This document shows, piece by piece, positions 60,388 through 64,000 of a stretch of DNA of 64,000 nt. Both the position numbers and the translations under genes were made by a program. The stretch lies in the NCBI GenBank assembly GCA_964383925.1, contig CAYLIJ010000001.1:40581-104580 (forward strand), written 5' to 3'. The stretch's first letter is position 1. Every line of letters starts with the position of its first letter. The notes under the pieces were generated by a model, which was given only the letters and a program-made list of their open reading frames with translations, was not told where the DNA came from and ran no database searches. Origin of the DNA: an uncultured Puniceicoccaceae bacterium. Lineage in GTDB: Bacteria > Verrucomicrobiota > Verrucomicrobiia > Opitutales > Seribacteraceae.

Positions 60388-61480
60388 GTTGACATGAGGA
60401 ATAAGAAGTTTCCGAACTCGGTCTAGCCACTAAACCTTCAAATGGTTCAAGATTGTAAAATTGTTCAGCTCTCCCCTCCTTAAGAAGAAAGTTTGAGCAA
60501 ATAATAAAAAGTGCTTTTTTCGTTTGAGCTCTACGCATTTCATGAAGAAATTGCCCATCCGCATCTACTGACAAACCAACAAAATTGAGGAATTTCTTCA
60601 TTCGTCCAACATTTTTTCTCTCTACAATACCGGGCTTTTCGATCGAAGCATAAAGATCCAGAACATAATCATTAACATCGCTCAAAGTTGGACGAAAAAT
60701 AGGCAACCCAGCTTGATCTTCTCGAATTTGTCTAAAGATCCAAGGATTACGGATAGCAGATCTTCCGATCATCACACCATGCGAACTAGTTAATCCCTTC
60801 AGCTGTTTTGCACTTTTAAAAGAAGTCACATTTCCGTTCAATAAAACAGGGCAATTTACATTCAAAACCGCCTTTTTAACGTATTCATAACTTGGTGCTG
60901 ACCTATATCCTCCCAATACAGTCCGAGCGTGTAGACTTAACAAATCAACCTTGGTTTTATTCATGACCTCTAACAAATCGTTAAAAAAACGATCATCTTC
61001 AAAGCCAATTCTCATCTTTACAGTAAGAAGTGTTTTTACTTCGCTACGAAGCATTTCCAAAATTCTAAATATTTGTTCGGGTGATCTTAATAGTCCACCT
61101 CCCACATTTTTCTTAAAAACTCGAGGAGCAGGACATCCTAAATTTAGATCAATGCCCGCAATTGGATAAGGTTCAAAATCTTTGACTGTTCTTCTCAAAT
61201 CCTCTATATTTTCCCCAATGAGCTGAGCAAAAACAGGCTGTTTTGTTGGATTTTCAGTAATTGATGAAAGAATTTCATGATCAATTCTTGAATTTGCATG
61301 TACGCGAAAAAATTCAGTAAAAAAAAAGTCAGGCGGTCCTCTCCTTGCCACAACTTTCATGAAGGGTAAACTAGTTACATCTTGCATTGGTGCAAGAGCA
61401 GTTGGCCACTGCCCTTCAATTAATGACTTGGGTAATGAAGTAACCTGATCTCTAAGAGATGATTTCAGGGTTGAAATCAC
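60380..61480 (-). CDS. tRNA-dihydrouridine synthase family protein
   Basis: LAPM, DLNLGCP, VKMRIG, HART, NGNV, MIGR. Confidence 0.92.
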   Translation of the reverse strand: MISTLKSSLRDQVTSLPKSLIEGQWPTALAPMQDVTSLPFMKVVARRGPPDFFFTEFFRVHANSRIDHEILSSITENPTKQPVFAQLIGENIEDLRRTVKDFEPYPIAGIDLNLGCPAPRVFKKNVGGGLLRSPEQIFRILEMLRSEVKTLLTVKMRIGFEDDRFFNDLLEVMNKTKVDLLSLHARTVLGGYRSAPSYEYVKKAVLNVNCPVLLNGNVTSFKSAKQLKGLTSSHGVMIGRSAIRNPWIFRQIREDQAGLPIFRPTLSDVNDYVLDLYASIEKPGIVERKNVGRMKKFLNFVGLSVDADGQFLHEMRRAQTKKALFIICSNFLLKEGRAEQFYNLEPFEGLVARPSSETSYSSCQLG

Positions 61481-61503
61481 TTCACCAATCTTCTCACCAA
61501 TTC

Positions 61504-61947
61504 CTAATCTTGTTTACGGAGAATGCGCTCGAGAATTTCGGACATATCCTCTACATTCTCTAGCACTTTTGTAGAAACATGGATCGGTTGTTTCATCTGC
61601 AAGGCAAGCACAATTGAATCGCTCGGACGGGCATCTAATTCAATAATTTTTTTTCCTAATTCATTTTCCATTTGTAAAATAATACGAGCAAAAAAAGTTC
61701 CTTCATCCACATCATTTATGAGCACGCGCTCAATGTGCGTTTCTAAACCTCTTAAAATCAATCCGATCAGATCATGGGTCAATGGCCTTTCCTTCTTCAC
61801 CTGATTGATCGTCATATTGATCGCGTTGCCAATTGCGGGGTCAACATATATCACAAATGTCTTTTCGTCATTACCCAAAAAGATTGCACATCCGTTGGAT
61901 GTTGGCATTACTCCTTTTACGGTGACTTCAACTGAGTCATTATTCAT
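61504..61947 (-). CDS. Bifunctional nuclease (DUF151) family protein
   Basis: RPLTHDL, DARPSDSIVLAL; start moved to MNNDSV. Confidence 0.92.
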   Translation of the reverse strand: MNNDSVEVTVKGVMPTSNGCAIFLGNDEKTFVIYVDPAIGNAINMTINQVKKERPLTHDLIGLILRGLETHIERVLINDVDEGTFFARIILQMENELGKKIIELDARPSDSIVLALQMKQPIHVSTKVLENVEDMSEILERILRKQD

Positions 61948-62013
61948 TTCTACATTATCTCTATATTTTCTCTGATTCGCAAGCACTTATCAAAATCTTA
62001 TCTACAGTAGATA

Positions 62014-62553
62014 ATGAATCCAAAGGAAAAAATTAGTTTTTTGCCAAACCTATATCTGATAGGTTTCATGGGGACAGGAAAAAGCTCCGCGGGTTTATTG
62101 TCTGCCCATAAATTGAATCTTCAATTTATTGATTCCGACCAAAACATAGAAAATCAAATAGATTCCTCAATAAATAATTTTTTTGAAATGCATGGAGAAG
62201 AAAAATTCCGAGACCTCGAAAAAAAATTCATTCACTCAGGTCATCCCTTAACTGGTTGCCTAGTTTCCTGCGGCGGCGGACTTCCTATTCCTGAAGGCAT
62301 GCTGGAATTTCTTAAGTCCAATGGAAAAGTCTTTTCCCTGCTCGCATCAGTCGAAACAATTTTGGAAAGAACATCGGGAAATAATTCTCGCCCTCTTCTC
62401 CAAAGTGCAAACCCGCGTAATGAAATTCAAACCCTTCTACGAAAAAGGGAACCAAGGTATCTCCTCGCGGATCAAGTCATTTCAACCGATCAACGATCGA
62501 CTGAGGAGGTTGCAGATGAAATCGTTCGTCATTATTTAAATTCAATCAATTAA
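62014..62553 (+). CDS. aroK: Shikimate kinase
   Basis: GFMGTGKS, DSD, GEEKFR, CGGG, RPLL. Confidence 0.94.
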   Translation: MNPKEKISFLPNLYLIGFMGTGKSSAGLLSAHKLNLQFIDSDQNIENQIDSSINNFFEMHGEEKFRDLEKKFIHSGHPLTGCLVSCGGGLPIPEGMLEFLKSNGKVFSLLASVETILERTSGNNSRPLLQSANPRNEIQTLLRKREPRYLLADQVISTDQRSTEEVADEIVRHYLNSIN

Positions 62554-62554
62554 A

Positions 62555-62971
62555 CTAATTTTTAAATTTGAGCTTTGCTAATTCGATGAATATTCGTGGG
62601 GGGCGAACGACCTGACCCGCTTTAGATATAAATGCATGAGTAGTCGAACCTGTGGCGATTAAATCGCCACTCCTACTAATTATATACGAGGCTTCTATTT
62701 TAACCATAGGAATTTTTTCAATCTTAACTATCACATCCAAGCGATCATCAAAAAAAGCAGGTAAATGGAAAGATGCCTGACAGGAAAGAACGGGTAATAA
62801 AAAATCCTGTTTTTCAAGTTCAAGGTAAGGACAACCAAGAACATCCAACAGTTCGATTCTGGCAATCTCAAACCAAGTAAAATAATTGGCGTGATAAACC
62901 ACGCCCATTTTGTCTGTTTCTTTATACCTCACACGAATTTTTGCGGTATGTTCTAACATTATTATACACAT
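62555..62971 (-). CDS. Acyl-CoA thioesterase (YbgC/4HBT family)
   Basis: RVRYKETDKMGVVYHANYFTWFE. Confidence 0.92.
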   Translation of the reverse strand: MCIIMLEHTAKIRVRYKETDKMGVVYHANYFTWFEIARIELLDVLGCPYLELEKQDFLLPVLSCQASFHLPAFFDDRLDVIVKIEKIPMVKIEASYIISRSGDLIATGSTTHAFISKAGQVVRPPRIFIELAKLKFKN

Positions 62972-63165
62972 TTCAGAACCTCACCAATTGTTCAATAGAT
63001 TATTTTAGCCTTTGCTGGTTTGAACCTACGATCCAAGATAGATTAAAAGCAGAATGTTTGTAAATAAACCGAATGTTTTTAATAAATAATCTAATGTCAA
63101 CGCTTGCCCAAAGCATAAAGTTTCATTACTGAAAACTTCTTTATTATTCACCAAAGGAATTTTTA

Positions 63166-63786
63166 ATGTCCATATCAAAAAAAGAAAGATCTCTTTCAAT
63201 TTGGATCGGTATTGCTATAGGAGTTGCTTTATCTTCTTTACTTGTCCGCTATGCTTTGGAAAAAAAAGCGACTCAAACCAGAGAACGATTAGGTAATTAT
63301 AAATCTTTAAAATGCGCATCCGATGAGAGTCCATTTATCTCAATCCCCCTTCAAATTAGTAAAAAAATCCCCCACGGCATCGTAGTCTACTTTGAAAATA
63401 ATCAGACTGAAATAGTTGAGGATCGAAAGGTGTATCAGCGATCTTGGGTTATTGAGACTGCTGGATCTTTTCGGTCAGAAAGACTTTTCATTCTTGCACA
63501 GGAAAAATCACCTAGAGAAAACTTTGAGGATGAAAATAATTATCTTTTTTACCGGGCATCAGAAGTATACCTTTATCCTGTCCTTGGTGTACAAAAAAAG
63601 AATATCGAAGATCAATTAGATTCCGAACAATACAAAATTATAGGTAAACACTCAAAAACGGGTGCATGGATTCTTCAAATTAAAGACTTCTCACCAAGTG
63701 GGTTAAGAAATTCCATAAGCATGCTTTCCGATTTTGAAGGGCTTATCACAAGTGTTCAACTGATGCAATGGTTCCCAAACCCGTGA
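63166..63786 (+). CDS. Membrane-anchored hypothetical protein
   Basis: 206 aa, N-terminal TM helix WIGIAIGVALSSLLV. Confidence 0.7.
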   Translation: MSISKKERSLSIWIGIAIGVALSSLLVRYALEKKATQTRERLGNYKSLKCASDESPFISIPLQISKKIPHGIVVYFENNQTEIVEDRKVYQRSWVIETAGSFRSERLFILAQEKSPRENFEDENNYLFYRASEVYLYPVLGVQKKNIEDQLDSEQYKIIGKHSKTGAWILQIKDFSPSGLRNSISMLSDFEGLITSVQLMQWFPNP

Positions 63787-63912
63787 AGTAAAGTTTCCCT
63801 TTATCACGTTGACCCTAAGCGTTTTTTTTGATGAAATGTTACTTTGTGTTGTGCTTGTTGCATTTCCACATAAACATAATTTAAATCAATTAATATTCTT
63901 TGACCTTTTATC

Positions 63913-64000
63913 GTGAATTTAGAAATTAAAGAAGCAGGAGACGCTCGTAAAATTGTAAACGTAACTTTTGATTCAGACGAAATGTCTGATAAAGGTAATC
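63913..64000 (+). CDS. tig: Probable trigger factor, N-terminal fragment (runs off window)
   Basis: Manual translation from GTG: MNLEIKEAGDARKIVNVTFDSDEMSDKGN resembles trigger factor N-termini; only 29 codons visible. Confidence 0.6.
   Translation, partial: MNLEIKEAGDARKIVNVTFDSDEMSDKGN

Overview
AT-rich bacterial window. Protein styles suggest a marine Verrucomicrobiota/Opitutales-like genome, but this is inference only. Bases 1-16 kb hold a minus-strand flagellar basal-body/hook/export operon in Bacillus fla/che-like order (flgB-flgC-fliE-F-G-H-I-J-ylxF/motE-like-fliK-flgD-flgE-fliL-M-N-O-P-Q-R-flhB-flhA). It is preceded by a consensus sigma-54 promoter and faces a divergent soluble PAS histidine kinase. 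Next come a decaying RCC1-repeat surface-protein pseudogene with only point lesions, xseB-dxs, a 3274-aa multi-domain surface protein, a polycationic Pro/Arg-rich small protein and a predicted-inactive thermonuclease homolog. The rest is mostly housekeeping genes (add, cysE, queH, gpsA, panB, gap-pgk-tpiA, lnt, dus, aroK, start of tig). The most notable unannotated element is at 40.4-41.5 kb: a tandemly duplicated unit made of a sigma-28-like promoter, a structured ~105-nt leader with two CsrA-type GGA motifs and a stem that hides the start codon, and a ~95-aa acidic orphan protein. The leader core is better conserved between copies than the coding sequence. No rRNA, tRNA, CRISPR array or transposase was recognised.
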